This document shows, piece after piece, positions 24,401-36,619 of a stretch of DNA of 64,000 nt. How positions within the stretch are numbered: the first letter of the stretch is position 1; each line of letters opens with the position of its first letter. Made by a program: the position numbers and the translations under genes. Origin of the DNA: Vicugna vicugna (lineage: Eukaryota); contig MU058252.1 in assembly GCA_013265495.1 (NCBI GenBank), positions 2,142,244-2,206,243 on the forward strand, given 5' to 3'. Below the pieces are notes generated by a model, which was given only the letters and a program-made list of their open reading frames with translations, was not told the DNA's origin and ran no database searches.

Positions 24401-26324
24401 CACCCAGAAAGGGACTGAGGTTTTTCCACTTTCTCCAAGCAAAAATTATTTTTTAAATTAACTGTGTTTTCATAAAATGCACATTTGAGAATTCATGGGG
24501 GGGAGGTGACTGGCGTCTTTTCTCGGCCCTCTTTCCTCGATGTCCTGCTCGCTGAGCTGCTGTTGCGTTGAGTGGCCATTCGTGACAGGCGCATCCTCTA
24601 GCAGGAGGCTCTAGGGTCAAGGGAAAACTTTATTATGCAGAGGATGTTACTTCATGCTGAATTCCCTTACTCTGCCCGTAACAGCTTTTCCCAGATGTCG
24701 AATTGCTTACTGGAGACTGAATAAAGGTTGGTTCGAACATGAAAGTCCCCAGGACTGCCCTCTGCCCTTTGGGGACAGTCTCCCCCTTCCTAGGTGTTTG
24801 TTGTTGACTCTGCAAGTAGATGGCGGGCGAGTGAGGTTGGGCAGGCCCGTGGTGACCAGAGGAGGTTCAGAAAAAGACGGTAAGGGTCAAAGGCCTGCAA
24901 GCCACAGGGCTGCCTGAGAGTGTCATGGGTGCTTGGTGCTGGTTTTCAGCGAAAGTTGCAGTTCGAGAATGAAGTTCTTGTGTCGGGAAAGCTGACGTTT
25001 GTCCGAGGGCCGCTGGAGCTGGTGGCGGGGCTCTGGTCCCTGAGCGGATGCGTCTGTGGTATCACGAGCCTGGGGTCTTCCCAGGTCCTGTCTTCCCATC
25101 CTCTGTTGGACAGAAGCCCCCAGCCCAACCGCCCTCTGTGAGAGCTGCTGCCTTCCAGGCCGTTTGGGTGCTGCACTGATTCAGTTCCATGAAACAGGAT
25201 GACCTTCTGCGTTGATGCCCGGTGAGCAGAGGAATGGCTTTGAGGTTTATCGATGAGTTACGGGAAGACATAGACGCCCACTGTCAGCCCTACACGGGAC
25301 CAGTGACACTTGTGGGATGGCTTCTAGGGGCGCCGCCCTCAGAGGTGCGGTAGTCCCCCGTCTGAGGCACCACTCCTGCTCCCCCGCGTAGGGGTGGGCA
25401 CGCTGGCGACATAAAAGGCGTGGGGCTGGTTCTAACTGTGAGCTTGGTAGCTTGTATACTGGGCAGAATTTGCCTTCTTGAAATGGGTCCCCAAATTACT
25501 TCAGAGGTCCCCCACTTTTGAGAGTTTATCCCTAGGCATCCCAGTGGTACGATATCTACCTAGATATTCCTGGTTGTTCAGTGTCTGTTCATGGAATCGT
25601 CATCCTCATAACCGGACTCCTCCCAAAATATTGATTAATCCCACCTGTGCAGAAAAAAGGAAGCACGAAGCGGGTGTCATTTCACACGCCTCTCTGAGAG
25701 GGTTTGCAGGGCTGGGGAGACTTCCAACACTAACTTCCAACAACAGATGCACAGAGGTGCTGAGATCTCCGGGAAGAAGTTCCTGTTCTAGGGATGGTCA
25801 GTTCAGGGTGCTTGATAAACGTCTTGAGTAGAACCGTCATCCGTAGGTCGGGCTGTCCTGCTTTTACAGAGCCCCACGCAGGTCCTTCCTTCGTGGGTCG
25901 CTGAGCATTCACGTTGGGATGTAAAGTGCCCCTTCCCTCTGCCGCAGTTACTGCCCTCCTTTTTCTGATGTGTCCTGGCTGCTGATTGTATTACTCCAGA
26001 CATGTTCATCACTTGGACTTTGAACTCCCTGTGTTGTTGCTAAGATGTGAGGTGTGTTTCCAGAACATCAGCATCTGTGCTCACCTGTGGTCAGGTGCCA
26101 TGCAGGGGTTCCCCAAGTGGATGTGTGAAGGGACAGGTGTTGATTTCCACACTCAGCGTAAATGGCTTTGGTGGGAAAGGTTCATGGTTCCACTCATATT
26201 TTTCTTTCTTTTATTTAAAGAACTTCTTCAAATCCTAAAGCGTCAGATCACAGGAGAGATTAATCTGACACCTGGTGTATGTTCCACTTACAGCTACAAT
26301 GAACTTGAAACTTATGCTCACTTT

Positions 26325-27186
26325 AGGGGTCACCATGTGTGTTTTTTTTCTAGCACCACCAGGCAATTCTTCAGCACCAGCTGGATGTCCTGTAATTCAG
26401 CTCCGTTCCAACCCGGTCCGTCTGGAGACAGCGCCAGATCCCACAGGTTAGGGGCTCAGTCGCCAAAGACTGTCCCCACTGTAGACGCCACGCTCAGTCC
26501 AGGTGCTTCTGACAGAAGGGCTGGAGGTCACAGGTCCTCGGGACCCCTCCTCAGCTTCCATTAACGCTAGAATGACTCACCGAACTCAGGAAGCCAGTTT
26601 ACTTACTAGATTGCTGGTTTATGACGAAGGATATTAAAACACAAATGAGCAGCCATGTGAAGAGATTCAGAGGGTCTTGGAGGGTCGCAAACACAGGAGC
26701 TTCTGTCCCTGGGGAGTTTGGGGTGCCGTGTCACCTTTGATGGTTCTGACTCACCAACCTGGAAGCTCTCCAAACCCCATCTTTTTGGGGGTTTTTTGGA
26801 GGCTCCATTACACAGGCAGCATTGATCAAATCCCTGGCCACTGACCATTGATTCAACCTCTAGCTTTTGTCCGCTCCGCGGTGGTCAGAGGGCGGGACGG
26901 AGGGTGCCAGCGCTCTAATCATGGTTGGTTCTCCTGGAAGCCAGCCCCCATCCTTCGGGGATTCCCTGCGGTCACCTCATTAACCAAAACTCTGTTCTTG
27001 TTGAAAGGGGCTTATCGTGAATAACGAGACACTCATTTCACTTTAAGGCTCTGAAGCAGTTTCAGGGACTGAGACAAAAGACCAAACGTGATGACGGGAG
27101 ACGTCCCCACGGCTCTTAATGCTCCGGAGAGTCAAAGGCTCTGGAAGCTGGGAATGTGGCTGCAGACCAAACTGTGCAACATCACA
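26325..27186. mobile_element. MER21-like solo LTR
   Basis: 'cagcaccagctggatgtcctgtaattc...cagatcccacaggttaggggctcagtcgccaaagactgtccccact...gccagcccccatcc' is homologous to 9085-9940. Confidence 0.75.
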
Positions 27187-27707
27187 GCTCAATAACTGCT
27201 CCCTCAGGATACCCCTTTTTGTGGGGAGGGAAATCAGGCTACCCCAGACCACCGCTTTCTTTTCCCTTCGTTAATTCAAAAATAGATTCAACGAGGAGTG
27301 TTCTGTGAGCTCTTTTGTTCCCGGGAGCCAGCTCTGTCTGGCTAGCGGGGCCACACTGCAGACCTCAGGAAGGGGCGCGTCCCGGACCGTGGAGGACACA
27401 CGCCCTGGCTGAGCCAAGAGTCGGGAGCTGGGCAGACCCGGGCAGAACTCCCCTTCGTCCTGTGCTTCCTGCGAGGTGGGAACAGGTTCCGTTCAAGACG
27501 TGGAGGGTCTGCAGGTCCATCCCGGGCAGTGAGGCTCAGCAGTGGCTGGATGCCACCGTCATCAGGGAGGTTTTGGAGAGTCCGGAGGCTTCCGGTGACC
27601 CTGTGAGCAGGCGGAGGTGAGAATGCTTGGTTGAGGACAGAGGTTCCCAGCCTTGCTGCCTGTTAAAATCACCAGAGGAACTTTCCTGAGGGTCACTTCA
27701 GGCTAGC

Positions 27708-28250
27708 CACACCACACCCCCAACACTCACACACACATGCACACACAACACACACAGCCAACATACACCCTGCAACACACACACACATACACGCATGCAT
27801 GCACACACATGCACATCCCCAATAACCACACGTACATGCCCCTCAACACACATGCACATCCAACACACACTCCTCCACATGCACATACACATATATACAC
27901 ACATGCGTACACACACCCAACACACACATGCTGCACACGTGCACTCTCCCATACCCACACACACATGCACATCAACACACACACGCATCCACACACACCA
28001 AACATACACACACACAGTCACCATCACACGTGTACACAGCACCCCCCACACACATGCGCACACAGTCAACATACACACCTCTAACACACACATATACAGG
28101 CATACACACACCCAGCACACACATGCCACACGTACTCCACGATACCCACGCATACACGCCCCTCAACACACACATGCACATCCAACACACACTCAACATG
28201 CACACACACAGCCCCCATCACACACATGCACCCGCACACACACGCACACA
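27708..28250. repeat. Complex CA-rich low-complexity repeat
   Basis: About 540 bp of interrupted CA/CACAT/CATG motifs; 'cccctcaacaca(ca)catgcacatccaacacacactc' recurs at ~27839 and ~28159. Confidence 0.95.
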
Positions 28251-31179
28251 GGAGCGCGCAGCGCTCTACCGTGGCTCCGCATTGCAGCCAGGGCGTTAGC
28301 ATGCCTAGTAGTGCTTCTGTTGGTAGCCGAGATGGAGAACCCCTGGCTTAGAGGTGACTTCTTAAACAAACATCATCATCAGAGCCTCCAGAAATCACAC
28401 TGTCGTTTATCAGAAGCCCCCTTGGTTGGTGGAAATCGCAGTCAAGACTGGTTTCCTGGGTGGCGGAGGAAGCAAATGTCCAGAAAGCTGGGAAGAGATC
28501 CCAGGAGAGAGAAGAGGAGTCCTGGGGAGAGCTGAGCGCTGTGCCTCTGGTGCAAGGCGCTCGTCTTGGTCCTGGGCTGGGGAGGGGACACCGGCATATG
28601 GGCAGTCCGCTACCCTCTTCTTCTTCTTCACGCCCAGAGGTGAGCGATCCTTCTGACTGCAGGACACTCTAGTACTTGTCTGTGACCCACTTGAAAATTT
28701 ATTTCAAACCAGTGGGGCAAGCGGAACAGGGCGGGTCAAGCAGAGACTGTAACTTCTGGAGCAGCAGGAGAGATTCTGGAAGTTGCCGTCGGCTCTCGGA
28801 GTGGCCTCTGAAGGCAGCCGCCAGGACCGCTGCTTCCTCCTGGGTGCCATCAGGGAGTTCAAAAGCGGATTCCTCCCCAAGGTTCTTTCAGCTCTACCCC
28901 CCCACCCACCCCTGGCCACGGTAGCCTTGTCTCCTCGGTGCTGACCTCGGGACACGCTGGAGAAGCGACCTTTGTGCAGAACGAATATTCTGAGGGCATG
29001 ATGATTCCCTGTGCGCTGACTTATGCTGGGCGCCGTCGCTTTGGTCGCTTGGCTTTCTTAGCTCTTAAGGGAAAGCAACCAGGCTGCACTAGCGGCGCTG
29101 CCGAGGGTGCTCCGGTGTCTAGTCTGGCGTTCCTCCCCTGAGACAACAGAAAGGAGCTGCTGGCCAGCCAGTCCGGCCGCCAGACCTGGCTGTCAGCGCA
29201 CCAGCTGTGGGTGGGCGGGGGCTGGGGCTGGCCAGGGGAAGAAGCCGAGGGCTGGCCCCTTTTCTCCATGATAAAGGTGTTTGAAGAATGAGGTCTTCCT
29301 GTTTTTCCCAGCCTGCCAGACCAACGCCCCTCTTCGGCAACATTTAGCTTTGCTTCAAATAATTCTCCTTGTGTGATTTTGGTTATGTATACGCGAGTAG
29401 GAAATCCTTTCCTAGTAGGAGCCCAGCTATGAGCTTCAACTTCGCATGCCTTCTAATTCTCCAGTTTTTGCAAAATGAGACTTAACTATCTTCAAGCCAA
29501 AATTCTCTCTTTCTTACAAAAGGATTCCATCAGGGACTAGCCTCTCTATGCTCAGGCCAAAAACGAATTCACACATTTGATGGAAACTATAATTATTTGT
29601 AACAGAAAACCGAGGATTTCCTGGTTAAATACTAGTTTCCCAGAAATATCTGTTTATTAGACCAAACCAAACCCTGGTCAACTTCCCAAAATAGAAATCT
29701 GGGGGCTGCTCTTCGTCCTGTGACTCTGTAAGTCGTGCACGTACTTTTAAGATCCCCCACTCCTTCACTTCAAACCGAGTTACACTAGTAACTTCCTGTT
29801 CGCACAGCACCTGTAGAGATTATGAAGCAACGTTGCATCCACGCCCGTGTGATGTGAGAACAACCCGTTGTGGTGACGGGGCAAGAACCATTTCTTTTCT
29901 ATGGTTGAAAGAGCTGAGACCTGGGCAGGCGTTGTTCAGCGGGAGGGTCGAGCTCAGCTGCCACACTCCGGGGCCAGGGTCTTTGCAGCCCACGAAATAC
30001 TCTTTCAGAAATCCCCCTCTTTCCAGCCACGACTGGAATGAAGCAGAGTCCGAGCGTGGGAAGGGAGTCTCAGGTCGCCTGGACCAAGGTCTCGCCTGAT
30101 CCTCGCCCTCGTCGGACTTCTGGCCTTCCCTGCAGCCGGTGCCAGGGCTGGGAACTCCGCCGCTGGTGGCAAGTTCTCTCCCGTTCGCATGAACCCTGCC
30201 TGCAGTGAACTTCCCGCGGTCCCAGCTCCAAGCCTCTGAACCGCGGAAAGTTAGTCTCATCCCTGCTGTAAGTGGCAGTCTGACCTGTCGTGGACGGCTG
30301 TCACGTGTCGTCTTCGCGGTCTCTTTCCCAGGAGAGGCGTCTCTGTGTCCTGCAGTCGCTGTACATTTGATGGGAGTGACGGTGCGTTCAACCACGAGGG
30401 GCACCTCCCTCCCATCCAGCCGTTGCCCTTCAGCGTCTCCGCTTCCCCAAGTTTCTTCCATTTTATTGTTGTTGTTGTTGGTTTTTCGCCTGTTTAAAAC
30501 CAACTTCCAGAGCCAGGACTCAGTGCGGGTGGACACAGCGCAGGTCATATTTTAGGAAAGGGCCTCGTCTTTTAGGAAGCTCTCCGCAGAGGGTGAGGCT
30601 GAGACGTGGGGACGGAGAGTCACGACGTGCACAGCTGGCTGAGGTTTGCTTACAGAAGTGGTAGAAGTGGCCCCGCCAAACCTTCAGCCACGAGGCGTCT
30701 TCTGCAAAGCAGGGCAACTTCAGCCTGGCTGACCGAAGGTGACTCCGCCTCACGTCTATCTTGCTGTTTGGTGTGTGTGAAGCAGTTCAGCCTCACCTGC
30801 AAACGGGACACTCCAGTAATTTAAAATGAACCTTCCTGTCCCCTTGGAAGATACACAGCTCCTGCCGGGAGTTCTCTGCCCTCCTAGTGAGGTGGGGAGG
30901 GCCCCGGATGCATCAGCGCAACCTCAGGAGGGGGCAGGCACGGGCGCTGGACAATGCCGCCCGCAGGCACACCCGGCTGCCCCAGGAACCTGCAGTTCAG
31001 CCCTCACCCGACACCGCCGGTGTCAGCTCTCCGTCTGTGGGCGACGCTTCTCTTTAAGTGCCCCCAGCACCTCAACTGCTTGAGCGTAACCAGGGCGAGG
31101 CTGTGAGAATCACAGCGAGAAGACACCCGGCGAAAAGTCGAATTTCCCCCCAAGATTTGTAACACTAGGTTTTGGCAAA

Positions 31180-31750
31180 GATGTGGAACCATGAGAACCC
31201 TAATCACAGGTCGAAGGCACAGCTGAAACTTTGCAAAGGATTTCACATTACTGCTCACGTTGGTGATGTGCACGGCCCCGTGCCTCCCTGTCTCACTCCT
31301 GGGCTTGTACCCGAAAGAAGCTCCTACAGGTACAGGTGTGCACCAGGGGCAGGTACGAGAATGCTTATGGCAGAAGTGCTTGTAATAGCCTCAAACTGGA
31401 AGCCAGTCACATCCTTGTCTCCAGTGGGATGCATGACTCTGTTAGTGTGTGATGCAGTGGAGTCCCAGATGGGGCATCCGCAGAGCACCGGGGGGGCATC
31501 CACGGGGTACCAGGCGGGGCGTCAGTGGAGTACCAGGCGGGGCATTGATTGAGTACCAGACAGGGTGTGAGTGAGGAGCGCGTGCTCAGAAACACGGGCT
31601 TTCTCACCCCCAAGTGCTGAGCAAAAGAAGTCGAGTCTGAAGGAATACGTGTTGTGTGGTTACGTTTATATAAAGGTCACAACAGGTGAAGCTAAATGCC
31701 CTGTTAAGCGACGCTGACGTGGAATCCCTGACAGATGTGATAACAGTTTT
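31180..31750 (+). mobile_element. Old L1ME-like 3' fragment
   Basis: 'gtacgagaatgcttatggcagaagtgcttgtaatagcctcaaactggaagcc' and 'gctgagcaaaagaagtcgagtctgaaggaatacgtgttgtgtggttacgtttatataaag' are decayed L1 3' motifs. Confidence 0.65.
31460..31565. repeat. Degenerate ~23-bp minisatellite, about 4.5 copies
   Basis: Units GAGTACCAGGCGGGGCA.. begin at ~31460, 31483, 31505, 31528 and 31551. Confidence 0.75.
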
Positions 31751-31767
31751 AGAAAAATCAGGGGAAT

Positions 31768-32052
31768 TCTTTTTCTTTTTAAATTTTTTTATGATTACAT
31801 CTTTTTTATGTCTTATTTGCCTTTTTTTTAAACATTTTTTTATTGAGTTACAGTCCGTTCGCAATGTTGTGCTAATTTCTGGTGCACAGCATCATGTTTC
31901 GGTCACACAGGTGCACATATATATTCGTCTTCGTATTTTTTAGCGTAGGTCACGACAAGTAATTGAATGGAGTCCCCTGCGCTACACAGTAGGACCTTGT
32001 TGTTTACCTGTTTTATGTAGAGTAGTTAGTATCTGCAGCCGTCCAACTCCCT
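31768..32052 (-). mobile_element. Young L1 3'-end insertion with a 14-bp TSD
   Basis: TSD AAAATCAGGGGAAT at 31754-31767 and 32053-32066; T-rich tail plus 'acagtaggaccttgttgttta'. Confidence 0.85.
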
Positions 32053-33881
32053 AAAATCAGGGGAATCCTGACCGTGCAAATCACAGAACTGCTGCCTGTG
32101 GCGGGGGTGACGGTGGCTCGGAGGATCCAGGGGACTGTTACTGACGTGTTGGGGGGGTGCTGAGGCTTGAGCAGGGCTCACGCAGACTGCTGCGTACTAA
32201 CTCCCGTCGGTGCAGTGACGTTGGGTGCACTTTTCTCTGCCTGTGCTGCGTTTCACGATGTGAAGAGACAGATCTTAAAATGTGTTTGGCATCCCCTGGG
32301 TGCCAAACTGCCCCTGGGCAGTCCCACGTGGGGGACATAGACCCCCTTTTCCTGCGGATGAAAACCGTAGTCCTTAGAGGTCGAAGCAGCTGTGGGGTTC
32401 AGCGTCCCTTCGTCTGGGAGGCATGGTGAGGCCCAGAGGCCGAGGGAGGTCTCAGTGCTGCTCTGTGGGGGGCCCCAGTTGGGGATAGAAGCCAGCCCCG
32501 TGGAGGGAGATGGGAATGGTCTCCAGACCCTGGGTGGACCAGGGACAATGGGAAGGAAGAAGCCAGGGTAACCCCTGGAGGGGAAGACATCAGGACCAGC
32601 AGATAGAAGGATCTATCAGGAGAGTTGAGATGGGCTGGAAGATACTGAGAGACCTCGGGGCTGCTTACCTCTGACCCTGGGAAGTGTCCCCGGTTGTGGG
32701 GATTGGAGGTTTTCCAACAAGAGCAGTGTGGATGGGCAGACGGGGGGAAACACAAATGGTGAACACCACCCATGTCCACTGGAACCCAGGGCCTTGCCTG
32801 CCGTCTGAGTCCGCGCGGCCCCTCGGACGCTGACCAGACCTCGGGCTGGCTGACTCGTGTGAGCACTGTACTCTGCTGTGCTCACTCCAGCTGCGTTCTG
32901 AGCAGTGGGCTCTGTGCAGTCTTGCTGATGATCCCCTCCTGGAGAAGAAAGGAGGCAGAAACAAGGCAGGGCTTCCATTTCACTTACAGCCGCGCGGGCG
33001 ATCGGAGGCAAAGGGGCGGAAGCGCCCTCTCTCTCTGCCGCCGCTGCTTTCAGCACTTCCCTGGACCAAACTTACACCCTCCCCTGAGGTTGTGACGCAC
33101 CATCTCGTTTCTCCCGTGGGACGTGCACGCCTAGCTCCTAGGCTGGGATGGTTCCCCCAGCCCCACCAGTCTGCCGTGATCTCAGCCTAAAAGAAAGAAT
33201 TCCTTGACACTGAAGACAGTCAGGTTGGCTGACCAAGGAATGGGGAGAGTCTTTTCTCTCATCCCCTTTTGCTTCCGTGTTTGTTTGTTCTGTTTTCTCC
33301 TGAATTATGTTTCCCTCTGAAAGTACAAGTCTGGGTTAACAAGCCTGCTGAAGAAGGGGTGACCAGGGACTTACTGGTTTCTGGAAGGAAGAGGAGGCTG
33401 AGTTGGTCAGTTTGCCCAGACCAGGTGGCAAATGCTGTTTGTTTGTTTGTTTTTTAATGTAGACTCACTTGAAAAATTGATCCACTTTCGTCTTGGGTTT
33501 TGACTATCATTTAAGTTCTCCAGGAAACTACAAGTAGCTACTCTGCAAAACACGGCAGTTTAACATCATTTGATCTCTCAGCTGCTGCCCTGCTCCTGAG
33601 AAGGGTCTTAATGTCAGAGCGCACAAGCAGCCATGCAAACCCAGGGCACTGAAATAATCAGCACACACTGATTCTGCACACTGAGTTGTGTGCATGTAGG
33701 TGTGAGAGTGTGTGCACGGGCAGGTGCCTGTGTGCTCACACATATACAAACACAGGAAGCTGAACTTTGCATCCTTCTCATGATGATACTTTAAGACCGC
33801 CCATTATAACCTAACATGAATGAGGGAATTAACCCAATGTAGACGCCATGTTGGCTTCTGTAGGTGAACCAGTCGTCCCCA

Positions 33882-34335
33882 CTGTTGACTTGAGGGAAAA
33901 CACTCAACATGGGAGGTGTGAGTTTAAGTCTTATTCAGGAACTCACTGAGGACAGTGGTGGGGAGACAGCCTCTCAGTAGCTCTGAGGAAACTGTTCCAA
34001 AGTGAAACAGGAACCAGTTGATGGATGACTTTTGGCTAGGAACTACATGCAGTCAAGCACACATCTTATAAAAGATTCATCACAAAGAACAGACAGCTCA
34101 AGTGAACGATGTGAGTGCTTTTCTATGTGTGGGAAGGTGCAGGAATCTGGGGTTGTTGAAATTCTTCCTGAGTTTCGTCTCTCACTCTCCAAGGACCTGC
34201 GTGTCCGCAGCACGTGGTGCCTCGTCCGGTTCTCGCCTGAATTCCTCCCCGGTGCCTGTTGGTCAGCACGTAGTGGGTGAGCACTTAACCCTTTAGAGTT
34301 GGGTGCTAAGCACTACACTTTGTTCTTTGTTCACA
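33882..34335. mobile_element. ERV1-class solo LTR (related to 10385-10895)
   Basis: 'cagtagctctgaggaaactgttcc...ctcaagtgaacgatgtgagtgcttttctatgtgtgggaaggtgcaggaatctgggg'. Confidence 0.55.
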
Positions 34336-34357
34336 CTGTTTGGAAGTACGTTCTGGG

Positions 34358-34835
34358 GAGCGGTTCTTAAAGTGTGGGGCCTGGACCAGCATTACCTGGG
34401 AACTCTTGAAATGCAAATTCTCGTGCTCACCCAGATCAACCCAAAGGGAAGCTCAGAGGGTGGACACCTCATCAGTACTTTAACCAGTTATGCTGGTGCA
34501 CACTAAAATTTAGTTCTGAAGTTACTAGTTCTCAAACATTCTGCAGTGAAGGGCCCTTGACTTTCTTTCTTTTTTTCTTTTTTAATTTCCATTCCATCAT
34601 GGAGCAGTACTTTTATAAACACAGTAAAAATGAAAAAAAATTAAATAAATGATATGTAAAGTACAAACCCAAAGTTGGTTTTACTATATCTGAAGACGTA
34701 AACTTGCTGTCAAATCACTCTGAACTTTTCTGAAAGGCCGGCTATCAATTTCTGTACTTACTCCTTAGAGAACCACAGACAAGGGTTGCCCTCGGGCCCT
34801 GGCCTGCAGACCACACTCAGCGTGGCCATTGCCGG
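34358..34835. mobile_element. hAT-Charlie fossils (MER5-like plus an adjacent Charlie-type fragment)
   Basis: 'gcggttcttaaagtgtggggcctggaccagcattacctgggaactcttgaaatgcaaattctc' is MER5A-like. Confidence 0.6.
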
Positions 34836-34904
34836 TGGGGCTTGCAAAGCCTTCCTCCCCGATTGGTAGCCTGGCCTGTTACATGTCCAGGCCCCTGGTG
34901 GGAA

Positions 34905-35335
34905 ATGCGATTAAAAACAAAATCTCCTCCAACACAGAAAATGTCTCCACAAAGTCAGAAGAGAAAGAAGCCAGTCTCACTGTCACATAAGGATTGACCA
35001 GTGCTGCAAAGGCAGGCAGAAACCTCGCCTTCCTCGAGCCAAGGGGGTCTCAGCAGTTACGTCAGGCGGTTTTGCAACGTGGGGTCTGGAGACAAGTCCG
35101 GCCCATCGCTCCCCATGAACCTGGGGGGTGAGGCTTTCTCCGCTGTGGTGATTGCTTTGCACAGATGGCTCCTGGGTCCTTGAGAAAACAATTCTGAGTC
35201 ATGAAACCGGCCAGAGGTTTAGTTAACTATTGAAAAGATTTCCATACAAACAAGATGTGAAAAGAACAGAGGAAGAGGTTATTGAAAAAAAGTGGGGAAG
35301 GGCCAGTGTGTCTTCCCTGATTTGCAACAGGGAGA
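34905..35335. mobile_element. ERV1-class LTR fragment (MER67/MER89-like; subfamily uncertain)
   Basis: Shares 'aaaacaaa..ctcc..caac..agaaa...ctccac...gagaaagaa' and 'agatggctcc..ggtcct.g' with 36620-37735. Confidence 0.5.
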
Positions 35336-36619
35336 ATTAAGCCACTTATTAAATTTATATTTATATTTACCCTTATATCCCCAAATTCTGAGGGTGTCAT
35401 ATCTTTTTTTTTGTTCACTTTCAGCCTTATCAGTGGCACGTGCTTTGGTAGCAAGCAGGACTGTGAGTTATGAACCCCAAACTACCTTCTTAGTGTAACC
35501 ATTTCATTTTGAGACTCATTTGTGGTGTGGGGTTGGCATGGGACAAGCAGGGTTGGAAAGATGGCTTTCATTTTTTAAGTTTTGTTCTCAAGGAGGAATT
35601 GGGTTTTTCCTACTTGTCTCTAGAGTTTATTTTTGGCTGTGATTATTTTAATTGATTCATTTTTTTAGACATCTAGGAAATGTTAATTACTGCGGGTAAG
35701 ACTCTATTCTGAAGCCTACCATGAAGGCTTTTTTTCCTTCTTCTTCAATACATTGAATGGGGAGCCTTTGAAAATGCTCTTATGCAAATTTGAAAATTCC
35801 CTGTTACATTAACAATGCTAATGAGAGCTAATGCGTTCCCGAAGCTTCTGTGTGGTCCACAGCACTCAGAGTGCTTAGAAATGCTCCGGGACACCCAGCA
35901 AGTGTTGGGGAACTGGAATTTTTCATGGAGATCATTTCCTTGAAAAATGGATTCAGTGCGAATTTCAAGGGCTGAGAAGAGTTGCAAGGCCAGTCTCCGC
36001 GGACCGTCTTTTCCCAGATCACGATGGCTGCTTGGCTGACGAATCTGGGAGGAAGGGTCACTGCAGGAGAGTGAGAAGGGAGGGTGCCCTTCATGCGGCA
36101 AAGCAGAGGAAGACAAGGAAAGGGCTGTCACGGGTGCGAGGAAAGGACGAAACCAAACGGAGATCAAGTGCTAACAAAGAACTCTCCTCTGGAGAACAAC
36201 ATCACATCCCGTTTCTGCTGGGAGCAAGTGGAGTGATGACAGCAAGGACGTTGTTCGTTTGGGTTGTGCCTTCAGCCCCAGTAAGGGAAGACAGGCCCCT
36301 GTCGTGTCTCTGCTGACCCGGGGAGTTCTCCCTGCAGTGGTGGAGAGAGGAGAGATTCAGACTCTTTGCCCATTGCTCTCCTTAGGTTGACTCTGGTTGC
36401 CGCAGGGTCGTGGCATAAATGAGTCTTATTCTAGAAGATTTTCTCACTGCCTCAACCCATTCGCCTTCCCTCCTTTCTTCGCAAGACTCCTTAGTATTAA
36501 CCACAAGTGAGGAGAGGTGGTTAGAACTTGCACCACAGCGAAGTAGCAGGAGCCCCGTTCGGGTGCCTCCTGGAAGCTCCCAGGTGGAATCCTGCGAGGA
36601 GAGCCTTTTGGGGAAATAT

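Noticed and set aside
26369..26435. REST half-sites TTCAGCACC and GACAGCGCC
   Set aside because: About 45 bp apart, far from canonical spacing, and inside a MER21-like LTR.
27698..28535. His/Thr-rich and Cys/Val-rich ORFs resembling metal-binding proteins
   Set aside because: Simple translations of the (CA)n/(TG)n array.
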